Program-made: the position numbers and the translations under genes
Source: Enoplolaimus lenunculus
Lineage: Eukaryota
Direction: 5' to 3'
NCBI GenBank assembly: GCA_030248215.1
Contig: JASANG010003984.1
Coordinates: 496,001 to 560,000, forward strand
Length of the DNA: 64,000 nt
Notes under the pieces: generated by a model
The model's database searches: none
What the model was told of the DNA's origin: nothing
The model's input: only the letters and a program-made list of their open reading frames with translations
Shown here: piece by piece, positions 29,724 through 44,332 of the stretch
Position numbering within the stretch: position 1 is the first letter of the stretch
Layout: each line of letters begins with the position of its first letter

Positions 29724-29815
29724 CAAAAATAGATTAATTCTAAGCAGACAATCTAAAAGTATCAAAAATAGATATTAATTCTAAGCAGACAATCTAAAAG
29801 TATCAAAAATAGATA
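29724..29815. repeat. ~40-bp tandem duplication immediately upstream of the MED11 ATG
   Basis: AAAAATAGAT(AT)TAATTCTAAGCAGACAATCTAAAAGTATC twice, plus a partial third unit. Confidence 0.85.
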
Positions 29816-29967
29816 CGAATGATCAGAAACTGAAACGAAAAACGAACAAATTTTCTTGCAAAAATGCTAACTTTGCGCAACATTTTAAAACCATTCTTGA
29901 TTTTTATGCGCGTGTGCATTATTTGCCGAAATCTCTGATCGTGTTAAAGCTTTCGCTTGCTATATAC

Positions 29968-30385
29968 CAGGGTGCAGCCAGATATCCGTTTCCAGCAAAA
30001 ATCGGTGTCCGTTTCCGTTATAGAAATAACGACAATTCTGTTATTTTCACACTCAAATTTAGTTATTAAACAGGTTCATGTCTCACTTTTTTCATTGAAT
30101 ATGCTGCAATTGTTCGAAATGAAGAATAATAAAAAAAAAATTATAAAAAAAAAAACCCAATAAGAAAAGAATATATTAATACGAAATTATCCAAAACTTA
30201 AAAAATTGGGACGAATCCGCCATTTTTTCTTCAAAATTTTACAAAGCCCTGTGAATATTTACACGCATCAATTATATTGTCAGAAAAAATAAAAAATCTT
30301 TGGAAACTTTTATACTTCAATACCCGTTTTCCGTTATTTTGATCACTATCCGTTTCCGTTATTTTTACTATTCGTTTACACCCTG
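29968..30385. mobile_element. hAT-like MITE; similar copies at ~28798-29098 and 52863-53163
   Basis: CAGGGTGCAGCCAGAT ... GTTTACACCCTG; flanks CTATATAC / CTGAATAC; shared internal TTTCCGTTATTTTGATCA. Confidence 0.75.
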
Positions 30386-31094
30386 CTGAATACTACTTCT
30401 ATACTCTGTGTAAAATTGATTTGACAAACACACTCAACAAAAACAATATTCACACATTCTTTTTATAAAACACTTTTCATCAGAATTTTGCAATACCGTT
30501 AGTGGGGGACGTTGCACAAAATACATGTTCGCTGTGCCAGCTTTATACATAAGATATCTTTGAACATTTGATTAGTGAACAAGCAAAAACAACTTTACAA
30601 TCACTTAAAATCAGCGCAAGATTAATGAATTTGAAATAGATTCTCAGTTACCAACGTGCCCTCTTTTTCTAGATAATTTAGGAAAACAATAAATCCTTAC
30701 AAAAATTATAATTCTATAACGAATGTCAGTTTTAAATCAATGAAATTGCCCACAAAAGAAACGCCGAAAACATCTATTCTCATAGTTGTTGTAATTGGTT
30801 TTTCAAGCACAGATATGCTGCCTCGAATGAACTCCGAGTGTCGTGAGTTCATGACCATAGAAATATTGCTAAGTGATGGTTTTCACTCAACACGTTTAAA
30901 CCAACCGTAATAAACAACAAACGCCACTGAAGTACGACTTTTACTCTCTGTAAAAACACAACAATGTGGCGATATAAAAAGAAACGAAAACTTCTAAACT
31001 TAATCAATAACTACCCACCTTTACGTTTCCCATAAAAAATTCAAAGTCCGGTCAATTCAAATTTCATTTTTAGCAGTTTAACGTTACAAACGGC

Positions 31095-31482
31095 GGCCAA
31101 CGTAAAGAACAGGGACGGACTGTATTATAAGCATATTCCTAAGCCTAAGCCTAAGCCTAAACCTAAGCCTAAGCGTAAGAATGAGCATATTCCTAAACCT
31201 AAGCCTTAGCCTAAGCAAAGCAATAAATACGTCTAAAGCTCAAACTCACTCAATTGCCGTCTCACGGAAAAAAGTTATGCCCCTAAAAGAATTAAACCGT
31301 GACACCGGCCAATGTAACGTTCAGAGGCGGAACGTGTTTTTCTGCGGGACTGCATAGAGTAATATTAAGCTTTAGACTATTTTTTGCTCGAGCTTAGGCT
31401 TAGGTACAGGCCCATTCTTACACTGAGTTTTTGGTTTAGTATATGCTTTTACCCTGTTACAGCCATGTTCTATACATTGGCC
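31095..31482. mobile_element. GGCC-ended TIR element carrying (GCCTAA/TTAGGC)n tracts
   Basis: GGCCAACGTAAAGAACAGGG ... CCATGTTCTATACATTGGCC; (CCTAAG)n at 31138-31215 and TTAGGC at ~31394-31404. Confidence 0.65.
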
Positions 31483-31519
31483 CAAATGCCTCGGTAATAA
31501 ATTAGGTCTTGATGGGCTT

Positions 31520-34500
31520 TCATTCGCTATCGCTCAGAACCAGATCTTCCACGTGGTCCAACGCGCCAATTTTTGGCATTTTCAATCTTTTTTGCATTTT
31601 CTGTTTATCGGAGCTATTGATCTTTTCGGGTGCTTTTTTGTCTTGCTTAGGCTGCTTTTCTTTTTTCGGTTGTGGGCTAAAATTAGTTTTAACACTGTTA
31701 ATTACTGCAAATTTCACTTTTCAATATGGTCCACACCTTGTTCACGCGCAATATAAACAGAATAATATCAGCAACGTATTTTGAAAAATACAACAAAACC
31801 TGTTACTGTCTACATAAAACAAGAAACACATAGCGTTGAAATCTGAATCTTTTTGAGTTAACCACGGACAAAAATGGACAAATACAGTCAAAAATTATTG
31901 ATAAAGTTCGTTTTTGCCTAAGTTTATGTCTATAGCAGATTAGTGGCGCGGCCAAGCTTAACTACCATAGAGAATTCTTCATTTTTGTCAATTAAATCTC
32001 CTGTTGTTCACTTACTTTCCGTTATCATTAGCCAAAGTTAAATCTGTCGTTACATCGAGTTTTGTTCTAAATTTCTTCTTGCGTTTTATTTTCTGCTGTG
32101 CGTCTTGAGAATATCCAGTTGTGCTTTCTTCAGCAGAGCTGTTGTTATCCGATTCGCTACTTGTTGATTCTAAACATCAACAAACCGTTTATAATAATGT
32201 TAATTATTCAATAATTTTGATACGAATTTCAACCAAAACCATTACCAACCGGGAAACACAGTCTTCGGCAGAAATAACGTATAACGTGTGCAACAATTGC
32301 GGTTACGTTTACACCATTACAGTAGCGCTTATCTGAACGCTCATGTCCAGATACATGCTTAATATTCTAAGTAAAAAACTTCAAATCATACGTTTTGAAT
32401 AAACTGCATGGAGATCGTTAACTGTTAAATTTTAGCATAAATCTCACCTTCCATAATTTCAGTAAACGTCTTATCGTTCTTTCGCCTTGGCCGTTTCTCG
32501 CTATCATCTTCCGTTTTTTCCGCCTGTGATGCTCGTGGAACCTTTTGAACGTCCAACTCCACAATCTCAAAATAATCGTCAAATATTTTAACAGCGAGAC
32601 TCCACAGATCAAAACACAAAAACGCGATAACAAAAATACCGAAAATTACAAACTTAGATTATAGTTTAAAAAAATTCGCAACACAATGAAAATGGACGCT
32701 AAGCTAATACATGAACAAATTATTTTACACAAGTAGCAAAAGTCAGTGAATACCGGATTTGTTGCTGTGTCTCGTTCAATCGCTAGCTACGTACTTTAAA
32801 AACTTACCTCCACCAGAAATGTTTACAAACAGAAAATTTTATCAATGGGCTGGCGTTTATTTTTGGCGAACCTTAACTTACTAATGTTATTTTGGTTTGC
32901 TTTCAAAAACTGCTGCATCAAAAATACAGAACTTTCACAACAATTAACACGGTATATTCCACTACATAACGAGTAAAATTTGTGTGTCGTGTCTGTCAAA
33001 TTATATTATAAATACTCTTCATTAGTTACCTACACATACATAACTTGCTGTACTACAAACATCACGAAATACTTCTGACATTCCGATTTAGAGCCGTATT
33101 CACAACTGTCTATACCACGTATCACCAGTTAACAATAGGCGGTACTATACATAAGCCATTCAATCATTCATAATTTCCACGTGTATTAAAGTGATACCAA
33201 TGTCTCTTACCGCTGTGAGAAATTTCTTCATTACGTAATATGCCGTAGTTCGTTTGTTTAAAAACCTATCGCTAACTTGTATGTAATAGGTGCTCTACAA
33301 TGTATTTTAGATTACAGTCCTAAATCTTTACGTAGATTCAATTCTTACATCATTTTTGATGCGATGAAGACGTTCGCGTTCGCGCAACTTTTTCCACGAT
33401 TCGTAATATTTCGTCAACGGATTTGAAACGTCTTTCCGCAATGAGGATTCGAAAAATTCCTAAAAAAATAACATTTTATATTTGTCTCACGAAAAATGTA
33501 CAAAAAATCCCAAGCACAAACATTATGTATTTCAAAATTATTACAAATTTTGAATAATATCAAGATTTTTTCATATTACGTCAATATCAAGCACTACCGA
33601 AAGCTATTTTATTTTTTGAACAATCCAAACAGTATCGCCCCTAATAATGCCATGGTCCACCAACACACTACAACGCAATGGTATTTTAGATGTCCAAGTA
33701 AAAATTTAATGTAGAATTCAAAATAATAACTTACCACCGCCTGAATATCGCTTAGACTCGGTGCTTCAGCAGCATTTCGCTTATTCTCAATCCATTTCGA
33801 ATGTTGTTCAATTTTATCTGTGACCGCTTTTAGTTGCTGCGCAACATTTCCAGCACGACGCGATTTCATTATGCGTCGGAACTGCATAAAATCAACACAA
33901 TTAACGGCATATTTTCACAGTAACCACAGAGAAACTAATTTTATCACTCGATATTATATTTTCCATAATAATTTATTTTCATACTTACAGCCATGTTCTC
34001 AGTTGTATCTTGCACCTACCAACAGTTATAACAAATTATAACTTTTCAAACAAGCTAACTGCTACAGTGTACCAACCTTAAATTGGCTCATTGTAGCGCT
34101 AAGCAAATTCGAAACATAATATACGAAATTTGGAAGCTTCCATTTACTTAACTTTTAGTGAGACAAAGGCTGGGTTTCTGAAATCTTACTTAAGTATTTA
34201 CTTATGTTATACTTCACTGATTACTTAAGTCGCCGACTTAAGTGAATGCGTTAATTTTCGTGCACAATCAGAGAAGCGTCAAATAACGCCATCGCCATGG
34301 CAAGAAGCCAACAGTTTTGCTTTATATTAAGGATGCATCATGAGTCTACAATTTCCATAAAATCAAGGTTAGTATGCCTGAGCGGTTAATTTGTAGTATA
34401 ACAAATTTAGTCAGTATTTACTTAACTTAAGTACGCTTTAAAAACGGCAAAATAGTTAAGCAATTACTTAGCCCGTACTTAAGTACTAAGTCGTATTTAA

Positions 34501-37500
34501 GTAGGGTTTCGGAAACCCAGTCAAACGGTGACACTAACACTGGTAATGAACTAACCTGGACAATTGCAGGCGCAAACAATTCTGGAAACGCAATTGATCC
34601 GCTGTAGCAATTGGCCGTTTCAAACACAATATCAACTGTGTTTTCAACAACGCTTTCCTGATAATACAATTTGACAAAATATAAAAATTTAAATTTTCAC
34701 ACTTTACTGCGATAATTGCGATAACAGCACAAAGTGTTCGTAAGTTTGTAGTAAGGCAAGATGTGTTTCATTCCAACACAATACGATTCTTAAAACTCTG
34801 CTGAAATACCAATCTGACAAAAACACCAAGAAGCGTAAACCGAACTGCAGCCAAAAGAAGGCATAGCGCTCCGGCTGCAAAGGCTTAAATTAACTTCGGA
34901 TATTGTTACCTACCTCCATATTATGCTTGTATCATGCTATGGCACGAATTGGACAAGAATAATAGTATCTTAGTAGTCTTCGAATTATTTATAAATCCAA
35001 AAAAGATCTACATAACGCTTCGCTATTCAATATTTTCTGAACGAAGAAGTCTCAAATTTAATGGCATTTCACGAAAAAATTACATGTTAGGGAATATGGT
35101 GAAATTTCAAAAATCAATACCATCGATCAATCACTATTAAGCGCAGTTTATTATTCTGCAAATGTGTTGACTGACCTTGTATGAATTTTCTTTCAGTTGA
35201 GATTTCGACAATTTCAAAATACAATCGAAGTTCAACGGTTTGAAACTGGGACGTGAATGTCGCTCCCCAAAGTTGACAGAGCACAAAATCTATAAATACA
35301 ACACTGGTTAAAGCCCTGTTGCCACGTGTTATTTTTGAGCGGTAACTTGCAGCTGTAATTTGCACATGCAAGTTCTATTTGAAAACCTTGCCGCAAAAGT
35401 TGCAACTGCAGTTTCACTGCTGCAAAAACTTGCATGGCGTAAAAAGCACGGGAGTATAAACTTTTCGCTTTCAGGTCACAAAATTATTTTGATCTACTTA
35501 GCATATTTCAAAGTTTGCCCTATATGCTACATAATTGGAAGCCAATATTATGTTAAGCTAAAAACAGAAAGTTTCATTGGCCAAAAATTAAGTTACTTAC
35601 TGGAGCAACAAAAGTCCGTGGGAGTGAATTTACCTGTGAGCAATACGTTTGCTGTAGATTGTACATGAGAGACTTGATCGAAAAATTATCACATTTCGTA
35701 AATTCTGCTACTGAGCACAGTTGAACATAGCGGTCCTAACGTTACGGCGGCCAGAACAAAGTGCAATCGCGATTGGTTTTTAAACACTACACTTTGCGAT
35801 GTTATAATTGCTCTTGAACACAATCACTCGCAAACGCAATTTATAAGGCTGCCAACACAGCGATCATGTTCATAAACGCGAATAAAACGGCATTCCAAAC
35901 ATGAGAGCAGGGTTGTATTATATAATTAGACCCAATAAAACTTCCAAAAGCCACGCATGAATGGTTAAAACAAACCCTGACAAAGAGCTATCAAACAGAT
36001 GTTTAAATGATAAAATAATTGTGAACAGCGCATTACAAACATACCTCAAGCACAAACGACAACACAGGAATATACACACCAGTGGCTTCAACGATAATGA
36101 GCAACGCATGAGCACAATGGAACCGCAAAGGGCTATATTTATTGCTAGGAACTAGACTGAAACAAAAATAACGCATTTACAAAAGAGAACATAATTTGCC
36201 AAACTTTTGGTTAAGAAATGCATCCGGTGCCCAGTAGACCAAAAGACTTGAAAGAAATCGACGCTAGCGGACATTCGTATCTTAGCAATCCCAACGAATA
36301 ATGTATAATAGCCTACGTAGCCAATGTAACAGTGGTAGATAAATACGGTGTTTCGAATGTGAAACCCGGCTAATCTTGTACCGAGACAACTTCGACGACG
36401 TTTATCTGAATACACATTCGAAGAAAATATACATTAAATCATTACACAATTTTCGGTTTCTTATACAGGCGTTTTTGCAAAAATCAGTGCTACAGCATTC
36501 TATACTTTACTTTTACATACCAGTTTATATTTTTGCACAGCGCAAAACCAATATCTGCTGGCACTGTGCAGGACAATATTATGTGTTTCGTCTACTAAAT
36601 ACCTATATTTTTAGCAACCCATTTGTACGTCGGTGCCCCACAGTACCGGAAGTCGAAACGCACTAGACGTTGTAAAAATTACCAAAAAACATAGCGTATC
36701 CCTTACTTTGCCGTGCCTAATATAACTTGAGTCAACGGATACACCAGCGGTTGAAGAGCTGAGGACGGATGTGTTACTGCAATGACCCGTGCCCACAAAT
36801 ACAACGACTGCACAAATTGCCAATTGTACACAGTTTGAATTTGATCCTGTAACCATAAGTACAGATTGTGTATAACAACGTCAACTAAACATAAGTACAG
36901 ATTGTGTGTATAACAACGTCAACTACAATGATTGCCACTTGCCAGTTGGTGATAGATATTGCTAAATTTATGCCAATGAGTGATAAGCTGTTATACATTG
37001 CAAAAGTTAAAATAGCGGACCTAATTAAGCGCGCGGTAATCACGGTTGTATCTACGGTCGCGGTTTTATATTCGAATTTGAGTTTTTGCTGGCAACCAAC
37101 TATACTAGACACTCGAACTCAGTCGCGTTACAAATCTCGCTGTAGTGACCGCGTTTACAAATGATTGAAAAACTTAATACTAGCTATTACGGCTGCGGCC
37201 GTGGTAACGTTCGTAGTAACTGCGACCGGTTCAGATCGCGTGAGAGCGATTATGACCATGAAAGGAACAATCGCAATCAGAACCGCGGTTTCGAACGCGA
37301 CCGCGATTGCACTTAATTCTGTACGCGATTGCACAGAATACAGTGTTTGCGTGGAAATATCAGTCGCTGATCTAAAAATTTCTAACGGGCGGGGAATATT
37401 ATAGTAAAAAACATCGCAAACGAAACAATCTAAAAGCTAGACGCTATTTTAGTACTAAATTATAACACATAAATTTTGATTCTGGTTCCTGTTCAGGAGG

Positions 37501-40500
37501 GTATGGCTTGAGCGCCTTATTTGAATTTGCCAGAGATTATAATTTCGTCAAAACAAACACAAACTTTTTTCTTTGCCGCGATTGCATTTCTCAAATGAAT
37601 TGCTAATTGACGAATATAAACAAACGCGTTTTGATACGTCATGGTTGTATCCAAACCACAGATTTCGGCGTAGGAACGCTGAAAACTCCACAAAAACAAT
37701 TAATTTTTGAAATTTGGTACAGTAAACAATAGACAGCAGCAATGAGCGGAATTAAAAAACTACCGAGAACAGATCAATATAGTAAGAATTATGGGATATG
37801 TCCACCGAAATCCCCTGAACGTAGAACAGAAAATTACAGTCTGCGGAAATATTTCAAGAACTTTTGCTGTCATTCCTAAAACATGATCTATTTGCAAATC
37901 CTATTACGTCTAAATCTATTTCCAACTAGGCTATTCAATCTTAGAAATTGCTACTATCGTGCTATACCACAGATTAACTTAAAATGCAGCAGACGCTCCT
38001 AACAAAAACAACAATAACAACAACAACAACAACAAGTAATAATAATAATAATAATAACAAACTATAAACACAGCTAATGTACCTGCATAAAAATAATCAA
38101 CGGCCAAGTATCCGTAGTGACCATTCGAGTATTCTTGACGTAACACAAATACATTTGCTAAAATTAACAGTAAAAGGAAACAGTGATTTACAGGTTTTGA
38201 GTAGCGTTATTATGACTTCCAATATGAGCTCGTGATAACCAACGTCTATAATTAATCATTTCTATTCTACCCTTGGGATATCATTTGCCAGCGCAACTTG
38301 CCGTTGCAAAAAATCGCGCTGTGTTTGACATCATTCTTACTTTAATCGCCATTTCCAGCAAATCTTCTCTCAACGCTTCCAACAGCCGAACAATTCCCAA
38401 TAACGCTACAATTCGACAAGACTCTGCTGAGCTCGTGCTCCATATTGTGATCAATTTCTGAAAACAACAACGACAACAATAAAATTGAAAACACAAAAAG
38501 TTTACTATTTTCAAAAAACTCAAAATTGCAACGATTTTTTAATCAATTATGTCAAAGATAATCAATCATTTTAATTCATCGGTCGACAACGATTATTCCA
38601 GATGGTTCTACATAGTGGACTTTAGTTAAACCACGAAAACACTTTTCTTTTAGAACTCTAGCGAAATAAAATCAACGCCATTGCCATTAGACATGGGCTA
38701 AGGTTAAAAAACAATCGAAAACTCGCCTTTAACAGTACTCGACTCAACTTCGGAAATGCAGAATAGAACGCAATCAAGTCATTGATGTGTTTCAAAATCG
38801 CAGTTACGATGCTTTCTTCATGCACCTCGGTACACAACTAAAACAACATTAAACAAAAACAAACATAAGTAAAGCAAAATGAAGCGAACGCAAAAACAAA
38901 CAAAAACAAAAAAGCGCAACCGTATATATTCTTAATCTTAATGACAGAAACACCTACGCGGAGGTATTCCAATATACTCATGGTTTAATTCAACATTTCC
39001 CATCCGTTGCAAACAGAAAATCGTATATGATTTTATCTGTGTGAAAACAGGCAATAAACCGTCGGCAACTGATATCCGGTTACACCCTGACTTTTACGAT
39101 TTGGTCGAAAAAGACTTAATGCTATTAAATCGAAATTTTTAAAAACTGCACTAGGTGTAGTTGTAACACGGTGTGTACGCACTATAAAACTTTATTTCGC
39201 CATATAACCAACATTCGATTGAACCGCAGTAAAATATTTCTGGTTCATTTTCCTGCATGAATATTTTCTATTTCATTAGAAACCAATTTTCTAGCCAGGA
39301 TTCGAACCCACGTTTTTGTGTAGAGTGGGGCGTTTACCAGCACCATCCAAACATACACCTTGACACTTGAGCTCAAAAAGTTCTCACTGTATGTGCACCG
39401 TTTGCTATTGTTCGCTATCAGCGCACTATATGCGCAAAAGAGTTAAATTTTTTAATGCTTTCAGAATTTGGGTGTAAGGGTTGCGCTAAACTTGCCGTGC
39501 GCCACCGAACGACGCAGCAGCGCTTCACGGTATAAATTTTTTTATTAAAAATTGCCGTACGCCAACGGGCACCACCGCACGCAATCAAATTGATTTTGCC
39601 TATCTTTTTAAGAGCAACACAAAGCGGTCTGCGGCAGCGTCCAGCACAGTTAAGTATAGCGTAACCCTTACTGGTAAAAACCCGGATATTAATATAAGCG
39701 CATGTTACTTCATTCTGCTCTTACCGTAAGTAAATGAGACAGATACAACTTAAACGTTGGTTTTCCACGCCGCCACAGACATCGATTTTGCTCAGTGACC
39801 AATGATTCTTTGAACGGACGGCCTCGCTTCAGTTCAGCCGGAGACAACTTCAAATAGGCGCAGATTGCAGGCCGAACACCTTGAAGACAGCATTTCATGA
39901 TTGCATCAAACACTGAAATATAATGCATTAGGCAAGCGTTAATACAATCGTGACAAGGGCATCATATACCGCTCAAAATTTTTCGAAAATGTGATAAGAC
40001 ACATATTATGCGAATTGTATTGACCTTCGAAGCACGTCAACTATTGAAACATAAATAACGTAACCTATCGCCAACTGATGTGATACCATTTATGATCATG
40101 GGAACATGACGTGTCAGTTCAAAAACTTGTATAGAAAGCAAAATTTGAACATTTTGGATCAGTATTAGTTTGGACTGCGTTTTAAGCCTCGAAGCTTACA
40201 ACGGATACTTTTTAACATTTAATGCTTATTGCTAAGACTAGCAATAACATCTATGAAAAGATATCAGTACGAAAACGGAGCTTAACTTATAGACAATCGT
40301 AGTCTAATTCAAATAATAGACTATATATCCCTAAACACAACTTACTATACTAAACTATGCATTTTAACAACATTTTCTGGTAGAAATGTGGTTCAGTTCC
40401 ATACTATACGCTATTCAAGTAAGCAATGACCGGAGTATTCAACGCTGACAACAAAAATTATTTTCACTGTCAAAAAACTGGGAAACTACTTACTTACCGA

Positions 40501-43500
40501 TTGCATCTTCGACCACATATCGTGGGTTTTCCACTTGTGAATCAACCGCTCGAGAAACTGCAGCTTCAAACGCGGAAACAACGCATTGGATTAAAGGCAG
40601 AGCAGGACTTTTCTAAAAGAAGGAACACCACAAGCTAGCGACCGCAAATATTCTAGTTTCATAAGTAGCAAATAAATGACGCCAGAGCTAACGTCAACTC
40701 GGAAATATAATCCTTAACTCTTGTTCTCGGTTTATTATCAACCTGATCAACCTGTATATGACTCAAATTCCCGGTACAAGTAAGTAAAACTCAGTATTAA
40801 TGCAAATCTCACTTTGAATATCAGTCCCAGTCTCAGACTCAGTACTGATTTCTCAGGCTCTGTCTCGATATCCCACAATCTAACCTTCAGCGCATTGCGC
40901 CATTGTGCAATCTGTTTCAGAGTCACTTTAGACGTTTTCACATCTCCAGTTTGCGGTTCATCATCAAACCTGGTGTGCTGAGTGTGTTTAGCTGCAATGG
41001 TCGCACAAGTCGTCGCATCGCTTACACTCTGTGAATCTACTGTTTGGTTGCAATCTTCATCCGAACTTTCATTTTCACTAGCGTCAGAGGCAACCTAACA
41101 CCAAAGCAACAATACTGTTTTTCTAAAAAGACCTTGTATATAGTGATTTTATAATAAAATTTTATAAAAAATTTCCAGGAACCTTCAGCTGCTGAGTGTT
41201 CTTTTAAATCATGAACACTTAAACACGATTTTTTAGTAAAAATACGTGAAAAGCCGCAACCCCGTCCCCCAACTAAGAACACACCAGTCATTTACAAACA
41301 AACAGTACGCAACCTATACCTGAATTTATACTGTCAAATTTTATACCGTGACCCGTTATGTTTTCAATCTACCGTATCCTCTAACTATAAAACAAAACGA
41401 GTCCAGTAACAAATCATAAAAAACAAAATATTCTAATTTAGTTATTAAATTTAAAATCTTAGTATCTTAAGTTTAGAACAAAATTGCACCGATATTTGTT
41501 TAAAACCTCCTCCAAACCCAGTATTCACAAACTTCGAGTTTATCAGGCGCTTGATGAGTTTCTGATAGATCGTCATCAGTTTGTTCACCTGTATAAAACA
41601 AAATTCACGTTGATAATACTTTATTTTGAAACCCATTCACAAAACTTGCAGCTGTAATATATTTGTAATGTAATATGAAAATAAATGATACGCACAAATA
41701 CAACACTGCAGACTAACACAACTACCGAACACCAAAAACTACAAGAACCGGATAGCTCAATTGCTCGCACACTCAATTTGAACTACGTATTAATAATTAT
41801 TGCGATTAGAAAACGAAGTTTCGAAATGCGACCAACGCGCGCTCCAAAGCAAAATTCATACGCAATAAATCGCAAATGCAACGCAGTAGGCCTGAGTCCA
41901 AAACAAATACTGTACCAGAGAGGGACATCCGTTAACACTCAAAATAGCAAACAGCTCTGACACAACATTACGACTGCTAATGCTTTATTAAGTTGCCTGC
42001 GCTCAAAACTATCACTGCCAGAACTTTATGCTTTAGCTGAGCACGGTCATATCCGTGTTAAAATATAATATAAATAAATGAATTAAAACACTGCTGCTAA
42101 CCAGAAGAAACGTCAAAATTTAACAACTCAGCGTCTTGTTGTTGAAGAAATTTGTGAAACTCTGGATCTTTTTTGAGAATTTTTGACATCGATCGCTTAA
42201 AATCGGTTGCGTTCTCAAAATCTGACCTGAAAAATAAAACAAAATAACACCAAACTGAAGCAAAAAATCAACACAAGATCATTCTCGATTCCTGATTTCG
42301 GAAAGCCCACACAGTGACAGAGTTCAAATTTTGACAAGAATTCTGCAACAATTTCTCGTGAGCATAGCAATCATTAATAATGAAAATAATGTAATACACG
42401 TATCCGCTAACTGCACTGCCTGTATATCAAATACCATACTGTAAAGTATTTCAAACTTTGAATCTAGTCCGGGAAAATTTCGCTACAAAGCCCTGGACTT
42501 GCTCTTATTCTTCATATTATTTCATTCTACAAAGTGAGACTACTTTTCAAAACCACAGTCCAAACAGCATCCCATCAACTCTGCATCAGATTGACATCGT
42601 TTGAAACTGAAATTAAAAATTTAAATTAACTACCTACCCATCGTCAGAACCATCAAATTCTAGCACTTCTTCATCATCTTCACCGCTGCTATGTCTATCT
42701 TTTATATCGTGTTTGCGTGGTCGTTTCACCTTTCCAGCTTGTATGGATGACTTCATTTTGTGTTGGTTGTATCGTGTTTCTTTTTTCGTTAACACATCAC
42801 TTAATAAAATAAAAAAGACATATAATCACTAAATAAACTGATTGTAATTCTTCTTACAACACAAACATCTTAAAATATGACCAGTTCCAAATACTAATTT
42901 GCCACGGTCGCTGGTTGCTCAAGACAGCGCAGCGCAAACAAACAAATGGCAACAAAACATCATCTACTTTTGTGCCCTAGAATTAGACTCTGTTAGCTAT
43001 TTTTTTAAAAAAATGTTGATAGCCAGTCAGTGTATTTTATAGTTTGTAGTGTTGCGCTAAAATTCCTTGTTAATACTGATTAGTTTGCAGTATTTTTTCG
43101 TTTCCATCAAAATTATACATAATGAAATTGCCTAAAACACTAGCGAAAATACGTTTCGTAGGTGTTTGCTTTATTAATAAAGTTGACATTGTAGATATTT
43201 GACGTTATTTTCAATTGAACTAATTACAACTACAGTCAACAAACATATCACTCACCTTTCGGTTACAGGCATTTTTTCTAACCTTCCCGTTTGCTTCTTA
43301 CGTTTTCGTTTCGCTGCACCCTTTACAGCCGTTTCCGTGCTGGATTTTCGGTTTAATTCCACACTAAAACAGAACAAGAAACAAAATAACGTACTAGTCA
43401 ATTGTTAATCATAGAACACAAGGCTTGATCTTCAAAAAGCATACTTTAATCATTCAAATTTAACAACTCCATAACTGAAAAACGGCTGTTTCCGTTACTG

Positions 43501-43558
43501 CTTACTTTTCATCGGAATCTGACACCGAAGACAGTCCAGATCGCATGAATTCTTCCAT
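31520..43558 (-). CDS. NOC2L: Nucleolar complex protein 2 homolog, 21 exons
   Basis: Exons (minus): 43558-43506, 43363-43256, 42799-42638, 42226-42102, 41588-41533, 41094-40885, 40612-40498, 39912-39725, 38837-38727, 38457-38341, 38157-38083, 37678-37565, 36846-36707, 36156-36045, 35289-35176, 34657-34556, 33881-33735, 33459-33349, 32565-32448, 32169-32016, 31676-31520; phases are consistent. Motifs KDPEFHKFLQ, YQNAFVYIRQLAIHLRNA, VYNWQFVQSLYLW, PLVYPLTQV, PLRFHC, SIAFPEL, C-terminal DHVEDLVLSD. Confidence 0.93.
34168..34522. mobile_element. Harbinger-like MITE with ACTTAAGT repeats; right-arm copy at ~53615-53678
   Basis: GGCTGGGTTTCTGAAA ... TTTCGGAAACCCAGTC; AAA on both flanks. Confidence 0.7.
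39477..39668. mobile_element. Short MITE
   Basis: TA|AGGGTTGCGCTAAACTT ... AAGTATAGCGTAACCCT|TA. Confidence 0.65.
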
Positions 43559-44332
43559 TGCAATTGAATTTAACAAAATATTGCGCACTTCAATTAAATT
43601 AAGTCGCTGATAGAAAAAACCTATAAAACTTAACATATATGTATATCCAGACCCAATGTACGCATATGTTAAACCGAACAATTACAGTAACGGCCCAAGC
43701 ATCGTGCAAATCTCGAACACAATCCACAGGTTCACATTTAAGTATAAATCACTTTGTTCCGAATCTACACCATACATCAGCGTAGTATTCAGTTGAAATA
43801 TATATTTTCAAGGCTATTTCGGCATACTCTGTGTCATCTGTTATTATTTTTGTTTCAACACGCAAAAATTTTACTGCATCAGATGTCGGCACATGTGAAG
43901 ATTTAGGGGCGGATCGTCTTTCCGCGTAACTGAAATAGACAAGTTTAAGTTTCAAACTATAAATGCTTTTGCTTAAGCTTATGGTTAGGCATAGGTATAG
44001 GCTTATCCCTACGCTTAAGATTAAGAATTTGGTTATACACAACCACAAACACAAAAAAAACAAAGAAAAAAACAAAAAAAAAAAAAAAAACAAAACAAAA
44101 AAAAAAAAACAAACCCAAACCCCAAACAACCCCCCCAACCACAACAAAAAAAAGGATATAAACGGAGCAACTCTTGTTACATACATACAATTCACAAAAT
44201 TAAATCTTGGATAAAAGCCAACTATTTCTTGAAAGAAAGAAATTTGTGTATTATTAAATGGCAATAGCAATTTTTTGAATATAAACACACTTATGTTTTA
44301 ACCATTTTAAAACAAATTTCTTAGCTGTTTAA

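Noticed and set aside
36885..37404. Ala/Thr/Val-rich ORFs within NOC2L
   Set aside because: Intronic, derived from degenerate ACCGCG-type hexamer repeats, and not needed for the NOC2L frame.
43749..44288. 179-aa Phe-rich ORF
   Set aside because: The upstream part is translated poly-A/CAA low-complexity sequence; only the distal part might be an exon, which is listed under findings.
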